Source of the DNA: Marsupella aquatica
Taxonomy: Eukaryota > Plantae > Marchantiophyta
DNA: 64,000 bases
Direction of reading: 5' to 3'
Assembly (NCBI GenBank): GCA_973895155.1
Contig: OZ316898.1
Location: forward strand, 12,613,659 to 12,677,658
Shown here: one piece after another, positions 34,839 through 48,064 of the stretch
Position numbering within the stretch: the stretch's first letter is position 1
Layout: every line of letters begins with the position of its first letter
Notes under the pieces: generated by a model
Seen by the model: only the letters and a program-made list of their open reading frames with translations
The model's database searches: none
What the model was told of the DNA's origin: nothing
Translations under genes and position numbers: made by a program

Positions 34839-35444
34839 CCCAACAGACCTCTTTGGATAGTTTATTGTGAAATGTTTTTGTATGGGGCATTATACTTATT
34901 GTGTAATATGGCATTTGAGACGTGAACCCAACTCATGGCATAACCATGTATTGCAATTGCAACATACCTGAACCTGTCCATGGGTGCAAGCTACTTAGTT
35001 GACCAAATAGTCAACCACCTGGTTTAGGGCTGGCCATGCAAGACTGCCACTAACCAAAGATTTAAAAAATGATCTGAACACAACATGTGTCATGTCTTCA
35101 AATGTTCATTGTTAAATTGTCCTCGAACGCAATTAAGATCATGTTCATTGTTTTGCATTTTTTCATGACGACTTTTGTCTATCATAAGGCTTGGGGGAAT
35201 ATATCATACTGGAGGTTATTGGGAGCCTGAGTGTCTTTAGGTCAGCGTTTGCATGCTATCTGGGTGGCATTTTAGTGTTGTGAGGTACACTTTGGGATAA
35301 CACTTGTTGAAGAGAACAATGTCACTATGCATCTTCGGCATAGATGGGATTTGTGTGAAGTGGACATTTTTGAATGTGACAGGTTACCACTTACCATAGG
35401 ATAGAGCGTGCCCACTAGATTTTGAGCTGCTGCCACAGGTGGTT

Positions 35445-35520
35445 GTGTCATTTTGTGTGTTATACCAACCCGAAATGTCAACTTGTGTGATATGCCTACC
35501 CGAAATGTCATCTTGTGTGA
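35445..35520. repeat. 30-bp tandem repeat (~2.5 copies)
   Basis: TTGTGTG.TAT.C..ACCCGAAATGTCA repeated. Confidence 0.7.
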
Positions 35521-35829
35521 AGTAGAAGATGTTAAGAATGTAGACTAACTTGATTTCTGACCATTACATCATGGGCAGATTATTATTCAGGCTAGTGACA
35601 AATCATGATCCAAAAAGGCCCTGGTACAGTCGTTTCCGGTGAGTTTTTGCATTTTAAAAAATAAGCTGGATCCAGCGCCAAAGGATAGCGCTATTTCTCT
35701 ACTAACAGGAGCCAAGGAAGGCGCGACGTCGCGACCTGGCAGCCCGCCCTAGCAGTAGACACCTGAATTCCACTGACTCAGTCCTGCACTCGCTATGTTC
35801 TGAGAGTGTGTGTCGGTGTGCGCGAGAGT

Positions 35830-35958
35830 CTGTGCGCGAACAGAATTAATAAAAAAATGAACAATATCATTTGACCCCATAGAACTTTTTGTGGACTGTG
35901 TGAGCGAACAGAATTAAAAAGATGAACAATATCATTTTGACCCCATAGAACTTTTTGT
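35830..35958. repeat. ~68-bp tandem duplication
   Basis: GCGAACAGAATTAA...ATCATTT(T)GACCCCATAGAACTTTTTGT occurs twice. Confidence 0.8.
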
Positions 35959-37122
35959 TGAGTCCTTGGAACGAACGCCAGCCATATTCCCCCCCAACTA
36001 TTCCCCGAGTTTCGTGCAGAATTTCCCGATCCGATTGGCCCTCCATACCTGCACCTCCTAAAATATCGCCGTGCCCTCCTATCAAGGCAGCCTACTCTCT
36101 ACCTTTAGCACATGGACATGGAGAGTAACAAACGACACTAATAAGAAATTGAAAATGCTTTTTTTTATTCTTGCTTTTAGAGGAAACTGGTAGGACCGAA
36201 CGACAGATGCGTTGCGCGGTGGAGCGAGAACGACGACGAGGGCTGACCCTTAAGCGTTGAGATAAAGACAAGTTGCCAATTGTGAGTTCCCAAGCAAAGT
36301 AATTGCCTCTATGGCTAGATGGGTTTGTGATTTGGTGGATCAGTTCCTGATGGCAAACAAAAACACAATGCAAATGTTTGGTGAGAGAGGTGGAATCTAG
36401 CAAATTTTGGTCAATACAAACATTTGCGCCCTCCCCCACCCCCTACTCGACGGACCGTACAATGTCATCATCAACGGAGAGGATGGTGATTTTCTTTGTC
36501 CAAAACGATACTAAAAATGGATGAGTTCCCCTGGGAGTAGGTCAGTGGGGTGGGCCACACTTGTGCTTTTGTAGATCTGGAGTTAGATTTTGGATTGATG
36601 ATAGGTGACAATCGTCAACTATACCGTACCTTCACTCGCTGCAGTGGTTCTTGTCTTGTCACATTGTCTAGCCAAGCCCCTTTTTATGTACCCGGTTTTC
36701 ACCAATCGGCAAAGATCTGAACAGCAAGACACTCTAATGCCATCCTGGGTGGTCACGTGATAAATAAACAAGTATTAAAATTTTAGACAACAACAGAATT
36801 TTGTGATGTAATTTTGAGAATGCTTTAAGCTGTTGATGTAAACATTTCCAATTCTCAGATGGACTTTTATAACCAGGTTGGATTGGATTCCAAGGAAAGC
36901 TGTCTGTTCGGCTCATATGTTGTAGGTAATACACCCAATGAGTTAATTATATGTGACAAGAAAATGAACAGTGATGTTTGGATTGGAAGCCTGTCAATTC
37001 TCAATTAGATTTGACTATAAAATTTGACTATATTAAGCTGGTTGGAAAGATTTTCAAAGCATTTTTCAACAAACCCCAGAATTCAGATTCCATTGGGGAT
37101 CAAGTTAGTAAGATATAGTGAA

Positions 37123-37147
37123 CTAGTTCAATGCCCGTGCGTTGCAC
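37123..37147 (-). mobile_element. Helitron 3' terminus (element body extends to the right)
   Basis: Minus strand reads GTGCAACGCACGGGCATTGAACTAG|T: a short hairpin followed by CTAG and a flanking T, the canonical Helitron 3' end. The 5' end was not located. Confidence 0.65.
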
Positions 37148-37930
37148 AAAAGATGTCAAGGTGAGAATAATGTCAAGGTAAACAAAAGATGTCAAGAAGA
37201 GGAAAAGACGTTGAGGAGAGAAAAGATGTCGAAGAGAGAAAAGATGTGAAGATGAGCAAAAAATGCCAAAAAGAGAAAGAGATGTTGCAAAGAGGAAAAG
37301 GTTTCGAGGGGAGAAAAAATCTACAGTTGAGAAAATGTCAAGGTGAATAAAACATGTCAAGGAAAGAAAAGACGCCGAGATGAAAAATATATGTCAAGGT
37401 GAGGCAAATTAAGACATCAAGGCAAGAGAAGATGTCATGAGAGGCAAAGATGATGAAGATAAAAATAATACATAAATCAAATATATAAATACAATATGAG
37501 GACATGCTGAAGAGATTGATACCACACTCATGCAAACTTTATTCAGGTTCAATAAAGAACTTCATGATCAACATACAACATTTTTGGTCAACCTGGCATG
37601 ACCCTCCTTGGAATCCAAAATCCGAAACTAAGACCTTAATACTTGTAGGAGATGTTGCTATTGAGAATGCTATGTACAACTGACCAACACCAAACATAAG
37701 TTTTGAAATTTACAACCCTGGTACACTTTCTAAAATTTGATCTGGAGCCTTGCTTATGGTCATTGCATTGAAAATGTCAAGATGAGACAAAGATGTCGAT
37801 TGAGAGGTGAGGAAAATATGCCAAGGTGCAACAAAGATGTCAAGGGGAGTCTGAAAAGATGTTGAGGCAAGAAACAAATGTCAAGAGGAGCCAAAGATGT
37901 TGAGGGAGGCAAGGAAATGCATGCAAGGTG
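37146..37930. repeat. Degenerate purine-rich minisatellite (~18-19 bp, AAAGATGTCAAGGTGAGA-like), two blocks at 37146-37450 and 37770-37930
   Basis: Recurrent AAGATGTCAAG core. Confidence 0.8.
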
Positions 37931-38410
37931 AGTCAATTGCTGGGGCATGCTATGTGTCATCCCAACCATATGGTGCATGTGGCCATATTCATTGTCACTG
38001 CAACTCTGTTATATGGTGTGCAGCTGAGTGTGCCTGAATGAGTTGAAGAATATAATTGAATTATCAAAAATATGTCGAGGCACCCTATGTGTCATTGCAC
38101 CCTTGCGGTCCTTGCAGCCATGCACTTGTTGCGGCCATGGGGTCGTTGCGGCTAAGATGACGTTACAACCAAGTAGTCACTTCCAGTTTGTTATTTGGAG
38201 CATGTTTTTGTGACGACCATATGGTCATTGTAATCATGTTGTTGTTGCCAAAGTGATTGGGGTGAACACAAAACAGGCTATAGCAACGGTGGTAGGCGCG
38301 GTTGTATGGTGCATGGAGGGAAAACTTTCCCCCCTCCCTCATGGCCTCCCGGCCTGGCCCGTCCCCTCCCTTCCCCTCCCCTCCCCTCCCGCCCATGCTC
38401 ACCCACCCTT

Positions 38411-38756
38411 TGTTGAGCATAGACGACACTCATAACGGTAAGCACATGACACATCCAACGTGCAAGTAGTCGACACAAGAGATACGACGTGGTTCACCTC
38501 CTCGAGGCTACGTCCACGGGAACACACAAGAGAACTTTACTGAACTCTAAGCCTGTCGGCCATACCAAGTCTCCATAGTGTAAGCTCTCCTCATCTCTCA
38601 AGTGGCCCCATAACAATGAGCCTAAGTTTCACTTATCCAAGCAAACACCGCTTGGCATATAGTGTGCATCCTAGTTAACCTAACCATGTCTCCGACTACG
38701 GTTAGTCTAATTACGGTTACATGTTGTAACCCTAGACCTTGAGTAAATACCTAACA
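38411..38756 (-). mobile_element. Solo LTR (copia-type)
   Basis: TGTTG...TAACA termini; near-perfect TSD CCCTT/TCCTT; carries CCCGTGGACGTAGCC...GGTGAACCACGT on the minus strand, the same motif as 8669-8999. Confidence 0.72.
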
Positions 38757-39351
38757 TCCTTGTGTTATCATTGCAAAGTGTGTGCCATTGGAAAAATGTT
38801 GTCGCTGTAGAAATCTGTGCCAACAGTCAAACAATAGAGAAGTCAACAAAAAGTAGGGGATGGAAGACACTAAAAGGGGAGAGACTCAGGGCGAGGGTTA
38901 GGCAAGCCCTAAGGTGAGATCTAGGGCAAGACTAATATACTTAGACACATGACAAATGTAGTGTGTTGGGCAACATAGCACCCCTAATGGCTTCTCTCCT
39001 GCTAATCTTCTGCCCTTGGTTTGGGGAATCCAATGGTCACCAAAAAATGTCACATGAATCAAATGACCTGTTTCTAACCACCCCCTCAATTTCTCCCATA
39101 TCCCTTTTTTCTTTATCTGATTTTCTTCATCCTTGATTTTACTATTCCTTCCCAACCACCCACATGAGTTTGAGAGGGCTTGTGGTGTTGGCCCAAGGTT
39201 CTCACTTCTTTGCTTCCAATCCATCACGCACTGTAAATAAGTATTGGGTTTTCTATTGGGTTTAGTAAAAGACTTTTAAATTATTGTGGAAGAACATTTG
39301 GGGTGTTTTAATCCAACATTGAGAATTCTAATAATCTTGAGGTTTTTTAAA

Positions 39352-39655
39352 ACCAAATATGAAAATATTCCAAGAATATTCTTACACATTAGGGATAAAA
39401 AATTTCATTGAGAAACTTTAATTACTTAAGTTTTGGAGTGTTTATTCCCCCAAAACTTTACGCATGATATGGGACCTCCTTTGGAGTGGGCCCCCCAAGG
39501 GTGACCAAATATGAAAATATTCCAAGAATATTCTTACACATTAGGGATAAAAAATTTCATTGAGAAACTTTAATTACTTAAGTTTTGGAGTGTTTATTTC
39601 CCCAAAACTTTACGCGTGATATGGGACCTCCCTTGGAGTTGGGCCCCCCAAGGGT
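39352..39655. repeat. 152-bp tandem duplication
   Basis: ACCAAATATGAAAATATTCC...CCCCCAAGGGTG starts at 39352 and 39504; near identical. Confidence 0.92.
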
Positions 39656-42534
39656 GTTGGACAAACGTTGCTTAGGAGTTGGGGAATCAGGGTGGGAAAA
39701 TGAAGAGCCGAGGGGTGGAAGAAGGGGCGGGGGGCAGGTAGGGTGGGGTCTACCATGGAGTGAGTCATGGGGTGGAGGCATGGGCTGTTGAGTGTTGCCT
39801 TACATCTGGCCAATGTGGAGAGGGGAGGGAGGAAGGCAAGAGGGGAAAGGACATTGAAGGAATTTATGAGAGATTTACAAGTCAATTAAGGTGTGTGAGA
39901 AGGTCCCAGTATTTATGGGTTAGTTGTAACATGTATGGTGGGGGGGGGGGGGGGGGTTGGTTCATCTCCCTCTACCAAGTCTCTAGACATGTACTCATCT
40001 CCCTCGACCACTCTACACATGTACTTATCTCCATTATATTGTATTCTTTAGAATTGCTTTCCTTATTTTTTTCCTTATTGCTTTCCTTATACATGTATCT
40101 ATACACATTGGCCTCAGTTTATATGTTGTCGCATTTTTAGATACATCTCACGTTTCACAAAAGTGACAGAATAAATCTAAAGGTGGTCACTACTCACCCT
40201 AATTAGTGTTATGAAAAATTGTTAGTACACTAGTTTTGGTAAAAGTGATCTTGAATCCAAATAACAATCAATTTTGTTGGTTTTCAGAATATTTTGTTTT
40301 TCCACTTTTGTCTGAATTGCTAGTAACAAATTATGCATGAAATCTTGAGTCCAAAGGAACACTATCTCTTGTGTATTTTTCAAAATATAAAATTTCTCTC
40401 TATTTTTCCACTCTTAGACCATACTAGTAACACTAATTTAAGTGCGCAAAAATAATATTACCACAAAGTTAGTGCATCTAACACTAATTCATGAGTAGAG
40501 CCTGAGAAGTGGCGCTCTAGAATTAATGTTAGTCACACTAATTACAGTGAACATTGTAGTTTGCAAGCAAACCATGGCTCCTTTTGGCAGGATTCCATAT
40601 TATAGTCATGGCTCCTTTTGGCAGGATTCCGTATTATAGTTGTCTATGTTAGAGTAATCTTCAAAAATTGATATTAACATTCTCAATTCATTTATTATGA
40701 AACTATAGACAGTAGACTCTATCTAACCTGCTTCTAACTAGCCCAATAAGAGTAGGTTACGTTTGATACAAAGGGGAATATTGAAAATCAAACTTTAATG
40801 GTGAAAACCTGTTGGAAACAAAAAGGTGTCAAAGAGCTTCATCCATAGGTGCATCATTGATGTCCCCTTTTCTTTTCCCCATTTCCGAGTGAGAATTTGA
40901 GTTTAGAATTGTTCGTTTGCCTGCTCTCTTTGTCTTGGTACTATCTTCCATTTTCCAAATTGTCTTGGGGACTCTTACATTGGATGCCAAAACAGGGTTT
41001 AGGAAATTGAGCACCTAAGATAAATAATCAACATTTGTCATCCCCCTGCCCCTACCCTTAGAAGAACGAAGCAAACAACATTAATTTATAGTTTCCATTT
41101 GGGTTTCCATTCACCCTCTCTACGGCTGCAGAATTAGGATATATTCCCATGGAACTCTTGTATAGTGAACCATGGATAGGTGCATTCCAGGCATAAGTGC
41201 AGGCTGACCATGTTAGTAGTCCCCTAAAATTAAAGTAAATTCCTTTCATTGTAAAAGCACCAAATTAATGCAGTTTGCTTCAGTGCAGGTCAACCCTCAC
41301 TGAATGACAAAATAGCAACACCAAATGACAAACTCATAAGTGCATTTCCATCTATAATTGTATGCATGCACTTATTAGTTAGTGCAATGCATACATAAGA
41401 AGATTTATCAATAAGTGCAGCAAAACTATTACATAAGGTAGTATCATGGAATTATCCACTTCAATCATGTAATATGTGGGCCTGGGGTATGAGGACTAGG
41501 ATGTGTGTGATTTGACAATACAATGGGGAAGTGCATAAACAGGGTCTCATGCACTAATTAGATAGCCTAGACCATGCACATATAAAGAAGTGCTCAAATG
41601 ATATGCCCTGCATTTATATCCCAGTGCATTCCCTGCATTAGTGTTGGCTGGTGGTGTCTTCCCCGGAGCCTGCCCTTACATGTTCCTCACTCTAGCATTG
41701 ACGGCTACCATATGTAGGTTACTTTTTTGTCTTTGTTCCGTCTTTGGCTTTTGGTTGGGGCCCCCTTGACTTGTTTTTCTTGGGCCCTTTCCCTTCTTTT
41801 CCCCCTCTTCATTGGGCCCCTTTGCCATTGGGACCATGTCTCCCCGTTGGATGGTTTTTGCCCTTGGTCACTGTGATATATACTCTAGTGCCTCAGTCCC
41901 TTCTTTCTTTCCCTGGAGCACAGGTGCAAGGTTTGAGGGTCCTCGAACCTCTCTGCCCCTTGGGCTAGGGTTCCATGGCCCCGGCCTCAACCTCAAGAAG
42001 TGCAGATGTGGATCGAGAGCTTCAGAGAAGAAATGCGCGGGACAGAGGAAATTTGCGCGCGAGATTTCGAAGTTGATTTTGACTTCTCACTTCACGAGCG
42101 CAGAATTCCCAAACGAACAATTACATTTGGGATTGCTCTCTGGAAGCTGCAATCCCGATCGCGGCCGGGATCGAATGATTTCTTGCCCCTGGATGCGGCG
42201 CGCTTTGATCAATGCAGTTGGGTCGATTCATGGGCCGACTAAATCCTCATTTTCATGGCCTCATCAGCTCCTCTCGTGCTCCTCCTTCACAGGCAGACAT
42301 TCTTCTCCAGTCCCACCTCCGACAATTGACTCCCTCTCGTCCTTCTCGCTCTTCACAATCTCGCCTCCGATAATCGATTCACTCTGGTCCTCCTCGCTCT
42401 TCACAGCTCATTTAGGGTCTCTGAATCGACAACACTGCTCTCCGCTTCGATTGAATCCGTTCTCGAGCAGAGGTTCAGCTGAATCTCACAGAGGTGGGCG
42501 ATTGTTTTGCGGAGGGGGAGAAGGGTTTCGGGCC

Positions 42535-44085
42535 ATGGGCGAGCTTTCGGAGACGCCTGTGAGGAGTTTCCAGATTGTGGTGGCGGCTACTCGTGAGAAT
42601 GGCATAGGGAAGGACGGGGCTTTGCCATGGAGCTTACCGTCGGACATGAAATTCTTCAAACGAATCACGACGCAGACGGCCTCGCTGGGCAAGAGGAATG
42701 CGGTGGTCATGGGCCGCAGCACCTGGTTGTCGGTCCCGGAAAGGTTCCGGCCCTTACCCGGGCGCTTGAATGTGGTTCTGAGCCGGAGTTTGAGCTCCGA
42801 GGACTTCCCTGCAGACGGGAACAAGGTGCTGTTGAGCAGAAGTCTGCATGCAGCGTTGGAAGTTTTAGCAAGTCCCCGGTATGCAGCTTCAATTGAGACG
42901 GTGTACGTCATCGGTGGGGGTCAAGTTTTTGGTGAGGCGATGAATTCCCCCCTTTGTGATGCCATTCATTTCACAGAGATCACGAGCGACTTCGATTGCG
43001 ATGCGTTCTGTCCTGCAGTCAACTCCAATGTATTTGCAGTGTGGGGCTCCTCTGCTCCAGCTCTGGAAAATGGTATCCGATACAGTTTTGTGACATTTGT
43101 AAGAAGAACAGGGAAAAAACACCATGTAGCTGAGCTGGATTACACCAACGAGACAAACGGGAAAACGGATGACTCGACGGACTTATTAGTAGGGTTTCTT
43201 CCAGATTTCATTCGGAACAGGCATGAGGAATATCAGTACTTGGATCTTATAAAAGATATCCTTGAGAATGGCAGTGTGAAAGGGGATCGGACTGGTACTG
43301 GTACAATATCCAAGTTTGGCTGCCAGATGAGATTCAACCTGCGGAAGTCCTTTCCACTTCTTACAACCAAGCGTGTTCACTTCCGTGGCATTCTGGAGGA
43401 ATTGCTCTGGTTTATCAGTGGATCCACCAATGCGAAGGTTTTGCAAGACAAGGGCGTCAAAATATGGGATGGTAATTCATCAAAGGAATATCTGGACAAG
43501 TTGGGATTAACAGATAGAGAAGAAGGCGATCTGGGTCCTATTTATGGATTCCAATGGAGACATTTTGGAGCAAAGTACACCAATATGCATGCTGACTACT
43601 CCGGCCAAGGCTTTGACCAGTTAGCAGATGTAATCCACAAGATACGTACTAATCCTGATGATAGGCGAATTATGCTTTCTGCTTGGAATCCTGCAGATTT
43701 GCACCTCATGGCCCTGCCACCATGTCACATGTTTGCCCAGTTTTATGTTGCCAATGGTGAGCTCTCTTGTCAGATGTATCAGCGCTCATGTGACATGGGC
43801 CTAGGAGTCCCTTACAATATTGCTTCCTATTCTTTGCTCACTTGCATGATTGCTCATGTTTGTGATTTGCTCCCGGGAGACTTCGTGCACGTGTTAGGCG
43901 ATGCACATGTGTATAAGACCCACGTTGAACCACTACAAATACAACTTGGAAACAATCCGAAGCCCTTCCCGATTCTGAAGATTAGATCTTTAGCATCAAA
44001 GGAAATCGACTCCATTACTGCAAATGATTTTGAACTCATAGGCTATGAGTGTTGTAAGAAGATTGCAATGCAGATGGCTGTGTGA
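42535..44085 (+). CDS. DHFR-TS: Bifunctional dihydrofolate reductase-thymidylate synthase (516 aa core; possible upstream in-frame starts at 42175 and 42193), intronless
   Basis: DHFR motifs [35 protein letters not shown] motifs [41 protein letters not shown]-terminal MAV. One continuous ORF. Confidence 0.97.
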   Translation: MGELSETPVRSFQIVVAATRENGIGKDGALPWSLPSDMKFFKRITTQTASLGKRNAVVMGRSTWLSVPERFRPLPGRLNVVLSRSLSSEDFPADGNKVLLSRSLHAALEVLASPRYAASIETVYVIGGGQVFGEAMNSPLCDAIHFTEITSDFDCDAFCPAVNSNVFAVWGSSAPALENGIRYSFVTFVRRTGKKHHVAELDYTNETNGKTDDSTDLLVGFLPDFIRNRHEEYQYLDLIKDILENGSVKGDRTGTGTISKFGCQMRFNLRKSFPLLTTKRVHFRGILEELLWFISGSTNAKVLQDKGVKIWDGNSSKEYLDKLGLTDREEGDLGPIYGFQWRHFGAKYTNMHADYSGQGFDQLADVIHKIRTNPDDRRIMLSAWNPADLHLMALPPCHMFAQFYVANGELSCQMYQRSCDMGLGVPYNIASYSLLTCMIAHVCDLLPGDFVHVLGDAHVYKTHVEPLQIQLGNNPKPFPILKIRSLASKEIDSITANDFELIGYECCKKIAMQMAV

Positions 44086-44816
44086 TGTATCCCTGGTTCT
44101 GTAGGAATCTACACTTATTTTTTCCTTCACTTATTTTTTCCTTGAAGGACTCCAAGGCTGCCCGTTTATGGGTCTTGCCTGGGCGGCCCTAAACCGAACC
44201 TTCTAGATTACGAGGTCTCCTTCAGGAGTGTTTAGAGAGGTCCCCTCTGGTGAATCAGCGGCAATCCTATTCCTTCTGTGGCATGTCATGATTGTCTTCG
44301 ATATATGTGGCGGAATTCTGCGAATGAAAAGTTTCTATATGTACAGTTTTGCAGACGCCTTTGATTGGCCGCAGAAGGTCAGGCACTTACTGTGAGGGGG
44401 CTGAATTTTTTGAAGGCATCACCCTGTCGTAAAGGATAATAAAGTTTCTGACTGGTAGATCCATGCATCGAGCAACCAACGTAGTTGTAAGGATCGGTAC
44501 CGTCTTCTCTGGAAGGACAGATTTGTCTGTACGACCTCGCTTTTCACCATGCAATCTAGTTGGGTCATCCTGCAGAAGTTTCCAGGTCAAGATAAATAAT
44601 GGGATAGGACTCCTGCTACGCTTGTGGTGTTCCTGTGTTAAAATATCAAGTCACGCTGGATGTGTATCCAAAACTTGGAAATGGTCATTACTGTCGCGAC
44701 TAAAGATTTTGAATACTACCACACATAACCATCAAGTCAGCAGTTCGGCCCCCCAGTGGCGATGCGCTTATTAGTGTAGGTCGAGGTTCCGACAAACTAC
44801 ACTTTCTAGTAGACGA

Positions 44817-44970
44817 GCAACTGAAGCTGAATTGTTTTCTACTGCAGCTCTGTGTGGCAACTGATTTGTGCATTTCTAAAAGACGAGCTCTGTATTGCAA
44901 CAGATTCGGGCATCCCCAAATAATAAACTCTTTATTGCAACTGATTTGGGCATCCCCACAAAACAATCCA
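44817..44970. repeat. 40-bp-period degenerate tandem repeat (~4 units)
   Basis: GCAAC(T/A)GA core at 44817, 44857, 44897 and 44937; later units share GGGCATCCCCA. Confidence 0.7.
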
Positions 44971-45235
44971 AGGCAAAAGCACGTTGGGGCACTGATGAAG
45001 GATAAGCAGAACTACAGTAGATGACTGCATATGGAGTTCTGCCCTGTTGCCCACCTCTGGCCTTTGAGCGAATGAACGGGGTTCTGCCGAGTTGTGTGGT
45101 AACCGAATAGAATCCACATGGTCGTCGTTCTATAACTTGTCGAGGACCATAACAGTGACCTCGATCCAGTGCGGAAATCGGGAGCAACACTGGACTTGCG
45201 CTTACTCCTACTGAAATGTAGACTGGGTTGTTGTC

Positions 45236-47290
45236 TTAACATGTCCAACTCGAGAAAATTAAGAAACCGGTATTTTTGGAGAGTGTCTCTCGTTGGAGAT
45301 CCAAGACGCGGCCAAAGCCTTCCAGCATTTGAACCACATCTCCCATGGCAGGTCTGTGCATCGCGTCTTCTTGAGTACATTGTAATACAATGTGGATCAC
45401 TGTCGCAACCTGCTCTTCGCTGTCGTTGATATCGAGCCCTGGGTCTAGTATGTCCAATGTGTCTCCCTCAAGTAGCCCCGCCGGAACGTGTCCTTGTTTG
45501 GGATCTTGCTTTGAAATGTACAGACACTTTCGTCCTGCACTTAGCTCTAGCAAAACAATTCCGTAGCTGTAAACATCAGTTCTCTCTGTTATTGCAGTTT
45601 TTCCTCGCATCGTTGTCACCACGGTGCTTATGTCTCTGTTCACCAGTTTCGAGAGACCGAAGTCTGCAACTTTAGAATTGAAATCGTTGTCTAGTAAAAT
45701 ATTCTGCGGATTGACGTCGAGATGAATAATCCGCTCTGAAATTTAAGAAACAACCAACTGGATTAAAGGGTGAGTCAATCGAGGACACACCTTCTCATGA
45801 GATGTATTCAAAATCCGATAGTCTGCCGGACTACTATTGCATGAAGAGCGTTAGACAAAAATGGTGAATAATGTTGACTAAGCTGAACCATCTTCATGCA
45901 GATAAGTCAAGCCACGAACGGTGCCGAGTGCAATTTTGAAGCGAGTCGCCCAATTCAATGAGTCAGTAGAGATAAAGCTGGTGCATTCCGATTCATAGTT
46001 GAAGACCCTCTTGTCAAGAGATCCCTTGGGCATGTATGAACACGAGCATATATTTTTTCTGCACCCTCCGCACAGAATCCTCTCAACCGCACGAGATTGA
46101 AACGATGGATGCTGCCAAGGGTGGCCATTTCGGCACGAAAATCCTTGGTACTTTTAGAGGTTTCAAGCTCATCCTTCAATGTCCCTTCGTAAACTGTACC
46201 AAATACTCCAGACCCAAGCAATTTTGCAAACCCCTCGGTCGCAGCATCCAGCTCCTTTTTAGAAAATCTCGGATGCAAACCTGGAAGAGTTTCCGCAAAT
46301 TCTTCCTCTTTCGACTTCCCAACCAGTCTCGCCTTCTTCCTGGACGAGAAAACTACCCATCCCAACGCAATCACTAGGACGACAACAACTGAAGGGGCCA
46401 CAATTGCAACGATAATAATCCACACTGTTACATTGCTGGAGCGCTTCCTCTGTATAGTTTGAATCATGTCAGTGATTTTCAGAAAAGATGTCAAATTGGA
46501 GTTGGTAGTGAATATCATAGACAAGACTGGTCCTGACACTGAGTCACAAGCCCCGGAGAATGAATTGTGAAATGAAGCCGTGCAAGAGCAATTTTTCAAG
46601 CACAGGTCTTGGCGCTCTGCCATTATAGATGTGTTGGTGCTAGTAGGTGCGCTAAACCTGTTCGAACAATAATCCACAGCGCCGTTCACTTGTCCGATTC
46701 TTACTCGGGCATTGGCAGTACAGGGTGCTACCAAAGGGCCTCCAGAATAGGAACATCCGACGGTGCGATTAGTCAAGTTTGTGGGTAGGAAAGAACCGCT
46801 TGGGCACTCAAACCGCCCATTCGCTTGGCAAACACCATACCCTCTACAAATGGCCGGAAGATCAAGCTGGGTCTCATTTAAAGCGTTGTATTCTTTAGTC
46901 AGCGGTCCTCCAAGGTTAAACACGTACACTCTGAGGTTGCCATCACTCTCTAGAACCATGAAAGTCGTATTGGCCCTGTAGGGATAGGATTGGGTCTTGA
47001 TGGTACTGTAATTTGACGCGAGATTGCAAAGAACCTGGGACGTATATATAGTTCTGGCTCCCAACTGGAATAGGATTGAGAGAACTGCTGCTTGCTGTAT
47101 TGATTGAAAGGGCAACCTCACCATCACCAGGGAGCTCGAGGGTCACTAACCATGACCAGTGAGTATGCCCCTTCGGAGTTGTTAGTGCTCGCGCTGCCGC
47201 TGACCAGCTGCATGCCCCAGACGAGCTGATGTCCCGCCACAAGAGTGTCAGTTGGAGTATCGCTAATGATGAATGGGATGTCACGAGAAA
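45236..47290 (-). pseudogene. G-type lectin S-domain (SD2-like) receptor kinase pseudogene
   Basis: DTPTDTLV..., LESDGNLRVY, EGF/PAN cysteines (CLKNCSC), TM helix, GSGVFGTVY, DFGL, DVYSYG, RPAMGDVVQMLEG. VAVK motif deleted, HLDVNPQN (K lost), frameshifts near 47125 and 46045, and a 142-bp insertion. Confidence 0.88.
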
Positions 47291-48064
47291 TAGGAGTAAT
47301 TGCAGGAGAGGCTGCAGACGTCGACTCGTGCTTGTGGATGTCATCATTCTCATCATCAACGTGGTTCAAAATGCAATCAATCTAAGCAGGCGTTTGCACA
47401 TTGGCAGGATAGACCAATGTTAGTATTTGAATAAGCTGAGATGTAGCTGTGAGCTACCAACATCACTGTTGTACATGTGCTGTTCGAACTTTGTTCATAC
47501 TCTTGTGTCCTTACTGAACAATCTGATTCATAGACTCACGTAAAACTAGCTTCAGTAATTTAACTACTGTAGAGTAGTGGACCTCCAGTATCCGCTTGAT
47601 AAGAGAAGTCTGCATTATTATGGCGAAGGCTAAACGCACTAAGAATGATATTCGCAGCATGATATTCAATTTTCGTAAACTTGTCGTACAGCTAACCGTC
47701 TTGAGAGAAAATCTTTTCCAAGGAAGGCTACAAGTCGGGTAGGAGACTTGAATTTGTTCTATTTTATAAATCGTCTGTATATGTCTGCCCGAATCTCGTG
47801 GATTAGGGAATACAAGCATTGTATCTCGTAAGTATTGTATCCTCGTGCTACATAACGAGGAGCATCACTCTCAAACTATTGAGATATAAAGATGTGTCGA
47901 TCTCACTGAAATTTGGAGGTTTAACACGGTCAACATCTTCCTTTCCGATTTGCAAGTGACCCTAACGCATCGGACCATACATATTGTGTCCGATTTCAAG
48001 ATATATCTCGGGTATTTTCTCCCCCTTCCTATAATGCACGCAGTTTGTTGCTCGCTAAGCAAAC

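Noticed and set aside
39940-39956. Long G homopolymer and nearby G-rich tracts as functional G-quadruplexes
   Set aside because: Located in repeat-derived DNA, homopolymer length is error-prone, and there is no functional evidence.
40829-41640. Possible decayed Mutator transposase (SWIM-like KCRAYHL..VH) on the minus strand
   Set aside because: Too degenerate and no TIRs found; cannot be supported without a profile search.
41812-42174. 757-aa ORF start upstream of DHFR-TS
   Set aside because: It begins at TTG in low-complexity, promoter-like sequence. The credible starts are ATG 42175, 42193 or 42535.
44817-44970. Repeat-spacer-like 40-bp periodicity resembling CRISPR
   Set aside because: Eukaryotic context, no cas genes, degenerate units and mutually related spacers: an ordinary tandem repeat.
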